From assembly GCA_030141605.1 (NCBI GenBank), contig JAQGDQ010000978.1, positions 10,005 to 74,004 on the forward strand: a stretch of DNA of 64,000 bases, read 5' to 3'. This document shows positions 1 through 13,209 of the stretch, piece by piece (position 1 is the first letter of the stretch; each line of letters opens with the position of its first letter). The notes under the pieces were generated by a model. That model did not search any database. It worked only from the letters and a program-made list of their open reading frames with translations, and was not told where the DNA came from. Both the position numbers and the translations under genes were made by a program. Origin of the DNA: Tubiluchus corallicola (lineage: Eukaryota > Animalia > Priapulida).

Positions 1-247
1 CTTAGTCAGTTCACGGGTGCTGATTATAGACGCGGACATTTCTATGATCCGAAGAAACCATTAGAAGTTGAAGTGCAAACCGGCCCAAAGGAACCACCGT
101 ATCTCGGAGGTAACTTCGGACTGAATCCTTACTGGAAAAGATACGAGCCATTCAACTCACCTCCGCTGTCGTTTGGGGCAAACAAGGGCGTCAGTCTCGC
201 AAACTTTGCCGGTTTTGGGTCTCCAGGAATTGGCGGATTGTTTGAAG
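1..247 (+). CDS. Coding exon (5' part outside the window) of a spliced EGF-domain protein; Gly/Pro/aromatic-rich segment
   Basis: Frame 1 is open from base 1 (LSQFTGADYRRGHFYDPKKP...GGLFE) and ends at the donor GAAG|GTAAAT (247/248), phase 1. Confidence 0.75.
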
Positions 248-519
248 GTAAATCTAAATTTGTAAATAGTCGTCAGCATCTAGACCTGTATTTTTCTGTA
301 CTTTTACTCATATTTTTATGGATTATTGCTACACATTAGTGTAAACGGTATGTAGGAAGCTCCTTCAGTGATGCGAGATGTATGTGACTGGGAAACCGAG
401 CTGTTTGAAGGCCAAGTTTGCGAAAAATTGAGGTTAAAAATCAATCAATTTCACTTTGTTCATAGGGTCCCTATATGCGAGGTAATTTAACTGGGTTTCT
501 GTTATGCAGGACCTGAAGA

Positions 520-660
520 TATCGTCTCTTATAACCGAAAGTCCCTTATATCCGAGTACCTTATATACGAAGATTTTACATAGGAAAAACGTTACGAAAA
601 GTCGGGACCGGTGTTGGTGGTCCGTTATAACCGAGTACATTATACCCGAGGTTGACTGTA
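520..660. mobile_element. One end of a pogo/Tc1-mariner-like MITE inside the EGF-gene intron
   Basis: Ends in CGAGGTTGACTG-TA, with repeated TTATAACCGA subterminal motifs. The partner TIR was not found. Confidence 0.4.
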
Positions 661-832
661 CAAAATATAGCTAAAAAAAGAAAAAAGTGATGTGCTTTTC
701 AGTTGTTTTATTTTGTCAATACCAAACAAACAATTATATCATCAATATAATTAGCTTAGGGCCCGTAAAAACAATAAAAAATCAGTGCCATAATTAGCTA
801 ATGTTGATCTAACTTAAATCGTCTATTTCTAG

Positions 833-1050
833 ACTCCAATTGCAAGTTGCCGTGTCAGAATGGTGGATTCTGCAACGACTTTGATTTAGTTCAAATTTGC
901 GTTTGTCCGCTCAACTACGGAGGAATTCTTTGCGAGATCAACAAAGATGTCGGTTATGGCGTCGAATCTGCCGTGGGTCCTTTGAGACTGGTTGCAGAAG
1001 CAGCGACAGGAGGAGGGAGGCGAAGAGGAAGAGGGCGCAGAAGAGGTTAA
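833..1050 (+). CDS. Terminal coding exon with an EGF-like domain and an Arg/Gly-rich tail
   Basis: Acceptor TATTTCTAG at 831-832. The phase-1 join gives D-SNCKLPCQNGGFCNDFDLVQICVCPLNYGGILCE, which has the six-Cys EGF spacing, then ...GGGRRRGRGRRRG and TAA. Confidence 0.85.
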
Positions 1051-1625
1051 CCCAAAAGAAGTTAATAGCCTTACTCATACAGGAATTTATTTATTATTGT
1101 TGTTTGTATTTTTTATTTTAGTTACCCATTGGGTAAACAGGCAGCAAAAAACTTTCACATTTTTTGCAGGCAATAATGGTTCCAATTGTCGTCATCATTG
1201 TCATCGTCGTCATCTTCATACACCACCACATTGACATTATTGGTATTTGGTATCGAAACTCCACTAACATCCGTGTAATCAACAATCAACGTGAACTGCG
1301 TCACCATTGCTTGTGCTGCTGTAATTACTGATTAATCACAAAAATCGTCATCTCCGCAATCGTTGCTATTGCTACCACCTCCGTCATCATCGCCATCATC
1401 TCCGTCATCGAAATGTCATCATTGTCATCACCATCATTCATGCAGTGTGTATTAACTCTAATCAAGGCTTGATCATGATTGCTAATATGCAAGTATAACT
1501 GAGAATCAACACATTAAGAATCAATACAGTTTTCAACATACAAGTGGCCTTAAAGACTTGAGAAACGTTTGCTTGCAATGTTCTGCAGTGCAATTTTGAT
1601 GTTATTTTAATACATTTGGCATCTT

Positions 1626-1897
1626 CAGGGCCTATTTCAGGGGGGGGAGTGGGGATACTTCCCCGGGGCCTCGCGCCGAGGTAACATTTTTTTTTGCTTT
1701 ATGCGAACATTCATTTGCTCTTTCCTTTAACAACTGTATAACACCATATTTTCTCTTCGAAAATGCTTCTACGGCGTTCAAAAACTTTCTAGGCGCCAAC
1801 CATGGTGGCGACGCCACCCCCCCCCCCCCCCACCGAGCACCGAGGGGCCTCACACGCCCCACTTCCCCGGGCCTCGCTTAGGCTGAAATAGGCCCTG
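1626..1897. mobile_element. hAT-type MITE, 272 bp
   Basis: Perfect 15-bp TIR CAGGGCCTATTTCAG...CTGAAATAGGCCCTG and perfect 8-bp TSD GGCATCTT (1618-1625, 1898-1905). Confidence 0.9.
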
Positions 1898-2546
1898 GGC
1901 ATCTTATTTTATTAATGATTATTTAAAAAAAAACAGGGAAACTGTGCAAAATGGTCTACTGGTATTGTCTGTACGAAACGCATAGTTACAATTATTAATG
2001 CGTCAAGACGTGACGATGTGATTTGTGAATTTTTCTATAACTTGTAAATACACACTAACTGTATAATTGCAGTGTATTTATGTGAGTGTTTAAATTATTG
2101 TGGTAAATTACTATTGTGAGAAGTGTTGGTTTTATATCTTACAGGTTATGGAATGAGCATTTAAGCTCTGCTGTTAAGCCTGCTGATTTAACTGGTGCAA
2201 ACGAAATGACTGATGAGTGTGCAATAATATTTTCTTACATTTAATAAACTATTGCAAACTATTTTTATAAAACTTCCAATATTTATTTGATGGGAAAATG
2301 TATGACTTTACATTACAATTTTTTTTAATTATGAACTAATTTCTAAAATATTCTAATTAAAATTTAAAACTTTTTAAAAAAACATTAAAAAATTTAAAAA
2401 AATCATTACAAAAAGGACAATCTAAACAAACTTGTTTTAAGATGATGTTTAAAAGAATCCAATGAATTTGTAGAACTCATAGCAACAGGTAAATTATTCC
2501 AGAGATGCACAGACAGAAAAATACTCTCTTTAGAATACCGTATTAT

Positions 2547-3006
2547 CAGGTGCGTGCATATTGCGGCCCGCAGAGAGAATTTGTCAACCTAATGAAAGTG
2601 CGGCCCGGGCGGTTAATTGAGTGTATCCAGCTGAAGTCCGTGCCACGATCCCAAAGATAGTGCGGGTAGTTTTTTCTACTAGATCGGATGCCATTAACCC
2701 TTACAAGATGGTTGAAGCTTAATGTCACTGTACTACACAGACTGTGTGATACACATTACTAATATGCATTGTAATGAAATTACCACTATCTGTCCTGAAA
2801 GTAGAAATATATGGTTTGTAATATAAATTTTAATAACTTCTAAAATAGTTTCTTGAGTGTAGTAGTAATGATGTACGCAGGTCGGATGCAAAAAATCGTT
2901 ATTAGGCCTTTCTGTACTTGGCTCCTTGATCAAACTGCCTGTGGCCCACAGGAATTATGGGAAAGTTTAATGTGGCCGTGCTAGTCAGATAATTTGCACA
3001 CCCCTG
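2547..3006. mobile_element. hAT-like MITE with a 9-bp flanking duplication
   Basis: Imperfect TIR CAGGTGCGTGCATATT / AATTTGCACACCCCTG, with GCGGCCC/GTGGCCC subterminal motifs. CCGTATTAT is present at 2538-2546 and 3007-3015. Confidence 0.75.
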
Positions 3007-3574
3007 CCGTATTATACTGTATTTTCACCGTAGAATACTGTATTAGAAATTGGCAGACTTAAATTACAACTTTATTGTAAATGCTTTACAATTTTATAAA
3101 AAATTAGCAGAAGTTTAGTTTCAATTTGTCCAACAATATCGTCATTAAAAATCGATATACAAGAGCAGGGCCAGAAGTTCCCCAGCGAGGTCCATCCGGA
3201 CAACAATACATTTTGCTGCATTTCATACCACTTTTCTGCCTCCTAGAAACTATTTCCTGAAGGAAGCTCACTGGTTTAGAACAGGTGACTCCTCACCTTT
3301 TTACAGCATACATGATGGATGCACATAAATTGTGTTATATTATTATGACATATATAAGGTACTTTTAGGATCTGGTAAATTGTTCTAACGCTTATAATTC
3401 AGAGAAAATATTAATTTGGTGTGTTGTATCAGTTACTGTGAACGGGAGGGCCCACCCCCTAACCCGCCACTGTACCAGAGGATTGTTACTAAAAAGCTTA
3501 TTCTGCGTATTTGAACGTTTCTTTTTCTTAATATGGAATATTAACTCAAATATAACAATTGTCTGCACACCGCC

Positions 3575-3979
3575 TTAAGGGCTTAAGTGAAACTGTTTTT
3601 TCACACTATGAATTAGTCATGTTTAAAACAATCAATCCAAATTATCTAACGGCGTTTTTACAACCAAAGCGTTATTTTTAGATAAGACAAATTTAGACTA
3701 GTCTACGGACTAGGGCAAACAGAGCGTCGCGCCCAAAACAGACAAAAAGCAAATATACTCTTCCTGCGTGAAGATGGAGCCACTGTGATAGTGCTACAAG
3801 CACAACCTGTAGAGGTGAATGTGTATTAATGTAAGTGTTCGAGTTCCTGAACTCAAACTCGGGAATAAAAACGTATTGATGCAAAACATGATGAAATGTA
3901 CATTATGGGAAGATACGTAGACACTATTATAGGCATCTCATTGAAAAAACAAATTCCAGAATTATGTTAAGTCCTTTAA
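3575..3979. mobile_element. TTAA-flanked (Kolobok-like) non-autonomous element; diverged second copy at ~27235-27650
   Basis: Starts TTAAGGGCTTAAG and ends GTTAAGTCCTTTAA. Shares CACTATGAATTAG, GAAGATGGAGCCAC and TATTGATGCAAAA blocks with the 27.2-27.6 kb copy. Confidence 0.55.
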
Positions 3980-5841
3980 GGATTTAATCCCCATTGTTAC
4001 TCGTTTTGAACTGGTTTCATCTGTTTAAATTTATAATTTAAGACGAAAATAAATTAATCACGCGAAATAAACAAAGTTTATTATTCTCGGAAGTTTTATT
4101 ATAACTTTATTGCAACTGCTTTAAGAAATTACTAGAAGTTTAATTTGAATTTATCTAGTAGTAACTCATTCAAAATCAGTATACCGGCGAATTCCCACTA
4201 AAAACATTGTGTTGATGAACGGTGCTTTTTATTAATAATACCGAATACCTGCTCAGACTTAACGTTTAATTGCATACGAATTAATACTTTTTCAATCGAG
4301 GTAAAGAGCTTAAAGGTACGATTAATTCTACCTAAAAGAAAGTGCCAAAATTCAATTATTACCGATTCGTTTATTCAAACAAAAAAATACAAACCTTGAT
4401 GTAAATTAAAAATGTCACTTTCATGAACTAGCTTTTGACTACAACGAAAATACGTAAACGTATTATAAAATAAAATAAAGGTATTAAGAAACAAAAGAAA
4501 ATATAAAAATTATTAAAACTTAATACACAGCACAATTAAAACCTAAGCATGTAAAATGCTAATCATATTAAACTAACGAATGAGGCAAAACGGGCAAATA
4601 GGTTACTATTGAAATGTATCAAAGACAATGATGAAAAACAAAGTATTTACTAGCAAGTAAACAATGCTGAACAAGCAACCAAAAATGGAGAATGAAAATA
4701 ATTGTTCCTTTATTTCGCACATAACTTACAAGCATGTAAACAATGGAAAATGAAAATATTATTTTATTTCACACACATGATACTTTACTTCACACTAACG
4801 GAAAATGAAAATGTTATTTTATGTCACACATGATACAAGCAAAAAAACAATGGAAAATGAAAATATATGTTACTTCATTTCGCACATTTAATATTTTATA
4901 AGCAGTTAAACAATAGATAATGAACATATATATTAAACATGGTGGGAAACGGAACGACATTACGGTTTCTTAACCTAAATAAAGTAAAATATCTAATTTT
5001 AATCAGCGATTGTACTCTACTTATGAAGCTATTTTACAGTAACAATTGCAGTTTTTTCTTAAATATTTATTTTTAAACATAAGAATTATTCAGAATCTAT
5101 TTTAAATTTGTTGAATTGAACCTGGGATTTAAACTACAGGACATTTTATATGAAATTGTCCCAATTTCACTTCCTTAATTACATTGGCATCATTTAATGC
5201 AACAGTTATAATTAAAGACGTTTTTTACATTATTTCATGACAGGCCGACAGTTGATGAAAACGATAAAACTTCTGACAAACAGTGAAAGAACAGTGGCTA
5301 TATTATACGTAGGTCAATTGGACAGGGCAACTAAAAAATGATGCACTTCACTGTTAGATCCAATGAACGGGTGAGCTTAAAAATGTTACACATGATTGGA
5401 CAGGGTGGTCTAAAAAATGCTAGAGCAGTTCATTTTACATTATACCAGCTGGACAGGCCAAATTGAAGTATTTCAAGTAAACCAAAGCGAAAATCTAAAC
5501 AATCAGAATCTAACATTGCAAATGCTGAATTTGGATGGCTTGGTATAAAAGGATGAATTTTTTATGGACTGCCTTAGACTACTGGGAGATGATGCAGTGG
5601 CCAGCTAGTGGCATAAGGCATCCGCAATGTAACCAAAATGTGCCTGGTTCACATCCAGCATGCGTTTTACTTTTTCACGTTTCCTGTATCTCGAGTTCGC
5701 AACATCGTTAGAAATATGCCAAGACACTAAAACATTCCAATTTAATCTAGCAAAACTTGCAAACTGATTCGATGATATGATTTCTGAAACAGTTTTGAGG
5801 ATCTTACAATTGCTATTTATAACAATATAAGTTAATTTTGT

Positions 5842-6372
5842 TACATTATCGATTAATATTACAATAGAGTACTTTGATGAATAATCACTTTAGATAATAC
5901 TACATTATTGATTAATATTACAATACGAGTACTTTGCTGAATAATCACTTTAGATAGTACTACATTATCGATTAATATTACAATACGAGTACTTTGATGA
6001 ATAATCACTTCAGATAGTACTACATTATAGATTAATATTACAATACGAGTACTTTGATGAATAATCACTTTAGATAGTACTACATTATTGATTAATATTA
6101 CAATAGAGTACTTTGATGAATAATCACTTTAGATAATACTACATTATTGATTAATATTACAATACGAGTACTTCGATGAATAATCACTTTAGATAGTACT
6201 ACATTATCGATTAATATTACAATAAGAGTACTTCGATGAATAATCACTTTAGATAGTACTACATTATCGATTAATATTACAATACGAGTACTTCGATGAA
6301 TAATCACTTTAGATAGTACTACATTATCGATTAATATTACAATATCAGTACTTCGATGAATAATCACTTTAG
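5842..6372. repeat. 60-bp minisatellite, about 9 copies
   Basis: Unit TACATTATCGATTAATATTACAATACGAGTACTTYGATGAATAATCACTTTAGATAGTAC, repeated head to tail. Confidence 0.95.
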
Positions 6373-7118
6373 TTAACTAAGTACCAGTCCCGCTACAACT
6401 GTCTGCACTACTTCCAGGCCCTGTCGCGAGTATTGGCTTGCACAAGTGCTCTCTCTTTCTCAAATCTCAAATTCAAGTTTTCTACAAGGGCCTCCTCAAG
6501 CTTCGACTGAGCGTTACAAGCAACACGATGTTACTCTACTACTCGAGGAGTCTGATCACAGGTCGTGAAAAGGGGAGACCAATGGAGACAGACTGGCCAA
6601 ACATGAGACAAGACAGATTAACCCTCCTGAGGCTACAAGAGCACCAGACATGAGCTCTGCATTAGAGCCATGCTCCAGCTGAATAAAGACAGAAGCATCA
6701 CCATCCAAAGGTAAGACCCAGATGTATTCAATGATGGAGAAACATTTGCAAAAACTTATTTAAAGAATTTAAAGACATTATATAGATGTGTAATGCATAG
6801 ATATCAGATGTAGCAGAGACACTCTTGCATCAATTACTATCAATGAGACAAACCAAATTTCAGTATATATAATGAAATCAAAGTTTCTGATAAAATACGC
6901 GCTAAAACCAACTATACAACCTGTTCATGAGTTTAAAGTGGGCATTTCATTATGATAAAATTTGAATTGTAAAATTCAATTTAGTGTCTGAAACATAAGT
7001 GACAGAGACAACCGAAACCGAAAACTATTACAAAATTACTAAATTTGTCAACCTTACACTAAGAACAAGATTGGTGTAGGAAATGTTTGCCACGCCAGTT
7101 TCACTTGCTCGACTTGCC

Positions 7119-7310
7119 TGTCAAAGTTTGTATTTTTTCCTAAATTTTTACTTACCGGTTTGCTAACTCTTTGGTATCCGTAATGAAGCAAAAAGGGTGT
7201 TTTTATTGCTATGCTGTCAAAGTTTGTATTTTTTCCTAAATTTCTACTTAGGCTTTTGCTAACTTTTTGGTATCCGTAATGAAGCAGAAAGGTTGTTTTT
7301 ATTGCCATGC
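7119..7310. repeat. ~96-bp direct tandem duplication
   Basis: TGTCAAAGTTTGTATTTTTTCCTAAATTT...TGGTATCCGTAATGAAGCA...TTTTTATTGCYATGC occurs twice in tandem. Confidence 0.9.
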
Positions 7311-8399
7311 TCCCTGTTAATGCAGCGGATTAGTAGGATTATGCATAAGTACAATTTGTGAGTGTAGAACGCACAATGTTAGTTTAGAAGGAAAACTAGT
7401 AGCAAGGTTAATTCAGCAGCTGTTAAAATATATGCTGTATTTACAGGAAGCATTTAAAAATAAAAACATCTACAGTATATGTTGGTGTCAAGCAATTTAA
7501 TTTAGCATTCTATAATTATTTGTTTTCTTTTCGCATTTTTACAAACATGCATTACCTGAAAATGTTTAAAACGAAGCCAGCCTTAGTCATGTGACCTAAG
7601 CTTTAGTAGTACACGCCACCTATCAATCACACTTGTTCTTACACGTAGTTAGATTTTCTGTTGCCGCTATGCTGACCATGCCGTTTGGTGATACTTGCAT
7701 TGCTTTGACTATTTTGTTGCAATTGAACAGTCACTAGTTGTATTTTCAAGCCAAAGTTGTCGCCAGTACATGCAAGTCACCATCTACTTTAATAATTAGC
7801 TAATAGTTTAAATTGGTTAGAATTGCTTCAAATCTCTAGAATCATAAAGTAATAATTTGTGTTTCAGTCTTCTTAAATCTAATTTTTTATTTTGTCTGAA
7901 TAGTAATAACCTTTACACGTTCTTAAGTACTTTTTGTGATCTGTTATTTTAATAAATTGCAGGTCTATCGTGCAGTTCAATACTGATTTTTGCCGTTTCT
8001 TTGCCTGGACTGGGCGCATCCACAGTATATATATAAAAATTAAAATTATCAAAATATTACAATATTTAACTAGGTTTTATATATATTAGGGTTTATATAT
8101 CAATGTGGTGAGAAAAAAGTTTAGGGGGAAAATTTGCAAAAATACAGCTGTAGATGACCACTTGTGGAATTTAACACGAGGTCGTTGAGGAATATGTTTA
8201 GTATTTTTGGTAATGAATTACCTACTAATGTAAAAAAAACCCCTATGCATAACACATGTGCGTCATTTCTGACTAGAAAGATTTCTTCTACTAATAAACA
8301 GTCTCTTCACATTACAATTTACATTTTTATATAACCTTTCTCCCCTTTAAATATCAAGATAAAACCATCAATCATCTTAGATAGTGTATCAAAAATATT

Positions 8400-8830
8400 C
8401 TGCACTCTTAGGTTCCAACTACAAATATTGTTTCTAGCCTTTTTCAAGGAAAAACCACTTGCAAATGTGAGTGAATGTCTACACCAGCGTTCAGTAATAT
8501 CACATCTGTTCTAGAAGTGGCCAGGTCTACTATTCTGTCTCTTAAAAAATCATTATCCCCTACCTCAAATATCACCAACCTATTAACTGTGCGTTTGAAA
8601 CATTTGAAAAGTTAGAAATTTCTCTTCACTGTCAGCAGTGATGAGTGTGTTCTCAACAGCGTTTGTCTTACCAGTTACTAGCTCATTTTTGCATCGAATC
8701 TTTTAGCTTGTTATGCAACTCAAAGTTTCTCATTATACACACCAATGGATAACTGCTGCTGCCACCTGCCAGATACTAACTGTAACATATAAATTTTCTT
8801 CTGTAAAAGAACGACATTTAGTTTATCATT
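8400..8830. repeat. Dispersed diverged repeat; further copies at ~14030-14460 and ~15030-15330
   Basis: Blocks ATTTCTCTTC, TCTTACCAG and ACTGCTGCTGMCACCTG occur in the same order in all three copies. TCCAACTACAAAT and TGAATGTCTAC are shared by the first two. Confidence 0.75.
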
Positions 8831-9224
8831 AATTTTTTATCATTTTGATAAATGTACGGCAGAATTACACAGACGATTGAACCACGTGGTTTACATGCAC
8901 ACACACCAATGGATAACTGCTGCTGCCACCTGCCACACAAATGAGAACTGAAACTATAAATAATGAGCAAGTCAGTATTTTCTAGTTGCAAATGTTGTGT
9001 TCAATGGTAACCTATTACAAACAAATACTAAACACACTGCTATTAAGATTTGCTATTTAAAAAAACATGTAATGTATTATGTAATAAATTTCAAAAGCCG
9101 CTATTAAGTAAATTTTGCGTCACAATGAACAAAAATTATGCATTATGTAACAAACTAATACAGGGCCTGTCCTTCGCCATTACTTTGTTACATAATGCAT
9201 CATGCGGTGCTTTCATTACATAAT

Positions 9225-9709
9225 CAGGGATGAGAATTACAAATTGTAAAAAACTCTGAAACAGGCCGGGGTTTTTGGTGCCACCAAGGCCCCCAATGGA
9301 GTTCAAGGGGAGCCAGCAACAAATTGAAATTTTGTGACCATAGAGAGCCTCTAAGTGGACTTAAAACATCAGTTACCTTGTTTCGTGCATAATTTAAAAT
9401 ACCCAACTATCAAGGATACATGATACCTAATTGTCTCAAAACGCCTAAGTACTGGCCGCTCCTATGCAAAAGTAAATAAAAACTGTCTGCAATTGACTCA
9501 AATAACTCCGCACAATTGATTCTATATTTTTATACATAGAGATATACACGTGGTTACACTGATGTACGTGATGTAAACAAAGTGATGGCCTGCCATCTAG
9601 CGGTCAGCTTGTGAAATAATGTACTGGGTCCGTAAAAATTTTCTCAACGAATTTACGCAATTTACAAAAATGGCACTGGTTTTCCAAAAACTCGGAATTC
9701 TCATCCCTG
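9225..9709. mobile_element. hAT-like MITE with a 6-bp TSD
   Basis: Perfect 14-bp TIR CAGGGATGAGAATT...AATTCTCATCCCTG. CATAAT is duplicated at 9219-9224 and 9710-9715. Confidence 0.8.
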
Positions 9710-11094
9710 CATAATGCAACATTGTTACATAACGAGTCTCTTGCTGAGCCTCTGTACACAGAGTTGATATGTCAAAATAAAATCTGCATTAGCCATGATC
9801 ATTTTGACAATTTATAATTGGCAAACTGTTGCAATGGTTGCAAATGTTACAATATTCTACCTGGTAGAAAGAAAGCAATTAGCAGACCTGCTGCCAGAAA
9901 CTTAACATAAGCAACAGGTAAGCCACAAATTTTGCGAACGGGAGAAATCAATCGAATTGCTGCACTCAGTGATGGCTAGGAATCGAAGCTAGAAATCCAA
10001 TTAATAAACCCATTATTTCAGATTAAATTGAGAGAGTAAATCAATGCTTTCTTAGTTAATTTACCCCAAAAATTTCTCAAAATGGAACAACAATTACCAA
10101 GTTACAAATTGAGTGCTAAAAGCACAAATATTGAGCAAGTTAGTACATAAATCATATAGAAAGTATTTTTGTGTTCAAAGATGGCCAACTAGAAACAAAA
10201 ACTTAATACATCCCTTATTAGGTATCATAAACTTGGTGCTCCTCCTTACCAATCATTGCTTTGCTTCTTAGTTAACTGATTTGCTTAGAAATGCACCTCA
10301 AAAGCAGCAAGATAAGCTTTTGAAAGCTGCGTAATCAACCGTAAGGTTAGAAATCGAAGTTGGACATTGGTCAAAACAGCTCAAAGTTCATCCCTGAAGT
10401 AGTCCAACCAAATTCAGCAATTTTCAATGCTACATGGCTCACACTGGAGTGATTTTTGCTACTTAATGAAATTGATTCATTCTGTTGGTCAGCTATACGG
10501 ATGAACTTTGGGCTGCCTTGACCAATGGGAGATACAATGGCCGAATGGTCTAGGGTGTTAGTCAGCTATACGGTTGAACTTTGGATTGCCTTGACCAATT
10601 GTCTAGGGCGTCTGTCTTCTATAAGCAAAAAGGTGCAACTTTTTCTCATTTCCTGTCTGTTAAGGCATCAAAATTCAATACTGGGTTTGTTTTATCAATA
10701 AATAATCATCTTTACATTAAGATTGCAATAATTACAATAATAAATACACCTATTACTAACATATTAAGCTAAACAAGTTCATTAATAATTGCGATATTTC
10801 TAATTAATTCGCTCAATTTTCTGAAAACCCGACCCAAATTCAGTACAAAACCACAAGTACTGAGCAAGCAGTGCTTTCAAGTTGCAAAAGGCCGTGTTTA
10901 GCGATAGCCTACTAGAAACAGGTGTTTAAATACGCTGTTGTTAAGATTCACTGTTGAACAAAAAGCTGCGTTAAATTACGTAACAATCTTTGCGTCATAT
11001 AAAAATCATTATGTGACAAATTGATGCCTTTGTGTAACAAACAAATGCAGGGTAGGTCTTAGTCCGTGATTAGGCCTTATCTTTCTGATCTTAC

Positions 11095-12470
11095 ATAGAC
11101 CAGACCTCAGAAGACGACTAAACCCCAGACATACTAGTTACAGATCAGACCTCTGAACACTGTAAAATAGACAGACCAGCCACCGAGCAGACCTCTGAAG
11201 ATTATACTAAAGGCAAAAATTGCTGACCAGACCTTTAAGACTAGGACAGCGACAGACTAGCCACAAACCACACGTCTGAAAATCATATCCCAGAAAGACC
11301 AACCACAGATCAAACTTCTGAAGACTCGACACTAGACATGTATCAGACTTCAGACAGACCAAACCACAGCCAGTTGACTCGGACAGACCAGCTACAGATC
11401 AAACTTTGAAAGACTCGACACCAGACATGTATCAAACCTCAGACAGACCAAATCACAGATCAAACTTTGAAAGACTCGACACCAGACATGTATCAAACCT
11501 CAGACAGACCAAACCACAGCCAGTCGACCCTGACAGACCAGCTACAGATCAAACTTTGAAAGACTCGACACCAGACATGTATCAAACCTCAGACAGACCA
11601 AACCACAGCCAGTTGACTCGGACAGACCAGCTACAGATCAAACTTTGAAAGACTCGACACCAGACATGAATTAGACCCCAGACATACCAAACTCCAAAAA
11701 AACCAAACCACGGCCAGTCGAACCCGACAGACCAGCCACATATCAAAACTCTGAAGACTCGGCACCAAACATGTATCAGACTCCTGACAGACCAACCAGT
11801 CGACCCACTTATAGAGCAGAAAGAGACTTTTACCCATTCTATAATGACAGCTAATCTAAACCGTGGACAGGGCAGAGTACATGAATTCTGATAGAACACA
11901 CCTGTGAAGACCAGACCTAGACATCACCTGTAGACCATACCTGTAAAAACCAGACCAATGACAGACTAGTCAAAAACCGGACCACTGAAGACCAACTCCC
12001 AGACAGACCAGCCACATCTCAGACGTCCGAAGACTAAACCCCAGAAAGATGAGGAGGCCACACACTTGAACTCAGCGATCAGCCACAGTTCAAATCGTTG
12101 AAGACCAGACCCTGACAGATCAGCTACAGAGCAGATATTTGTTGTATCAAACCTCTGAAGAGCAGCTATAGACCAAACAAAAGGTTAATCCACAGGCCAG
12201 ACCTTCGAAGACTACACCAGATAGACTAAGCCCCACACAGACCAGGTGTAGATCAGACGTCAACCCCCAGAATGTCAACTACAGACCAGAACAGCAATAG
12301 ATCAGATCAAATCCCAGACAGACTAGCCAAATTAAAGACTTCTGCACCTCATACCCAGACGACACAGCTACAATGCAGACCTCTGAAGACCAGACTCCAG
12401 ACAAACCAGCCACAAACCAGACGCCAGACTCCAGATAGACCAGGGGACAGTAGAGCAAACCCAGACCGTA
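11095..12470. repeat. CAGAC-rich degenerate satellite with a homogeneous 89-bp-unit core (~11300-11790)
   Basis: AAACTTTGAAAGACTCGACACCAGACATG recurs at 11401, 11462, 11551 and 11640. The flanks are decayed versions of the same motifs. Confidence 0.85.
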
Positions 12471-13209
12471 ACAAGGTATATTCACCAACCATGATCAACT
12501 CTGCATTCGTTTGTTACATAATTATCACTACATAATGACACATTTGTTACTCAACGAAAAATTTTGCGATTTTTACACAATGCAGCATTTTTGTTACGTA
12601 GTACTATTACATAGTGAGGTTTTTGTAGAGTTGTTGTGGCACAATGCTCTGAATAAACATTAAATTTCATTTAATGACGGTTGAAAGCGAAGCTAGAAAT
12701 CAAATTATACACCCATTATTGAATTTTTTCAACGAACATATTTTCAGACTTGCTTAATTATTATATCATCACTCAGTTGTCTGCGTAACAATTTTGTGTA
12801 TAACTTACTGATTTTGGATCCTATTTTGAGGAAATTGATGGAGTACTGTGTTCAGTAGTAACCTTCAAAAACAAATGCTCAAAACACCTGCTATTTCATA
12901 TCATAAATTTGCTCTTTATTCGTCGGTTTCTTAAAAATGCGAGTTTTGATGTGTCTGAAATGTTTGAATCCTAAACAAATTTAGTGCAAGTTTCTTCATG
13001 ACTATTCTAATAATGTCAATGGGGAAATTTATCTCTGTTCCTTAGCAGTTTTCTAAGCACTTTGTTATCAATCACAAAGCAGGTTCATAATGCACCAATC
13101 CGGTACGTAATTTCATCTTAATTGTTAGTTAGTTACCAAACACGAATTGATTTCGTATGACACTATGCAGAAAATAATTTGACGATATGTAATAAACAGC
13201 CAGACCCAC

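Noticed and set aside
5595-5665. Possible tRNA genes (also ~10530-10560, 33028-33100, 46740-46810)
   Set aside because: A/B-box-like motifs only; the acceptor and anticodon stems do not pair, so these are better read as SINE relics.
5842-6372. CRISPR-like periodicity (also 15832-16097, 16278-16696, 39242-39460)
   Set aside because: Units are head-to-tail with no unique spacers, there are no cas genes, and the context is eukaryotic.
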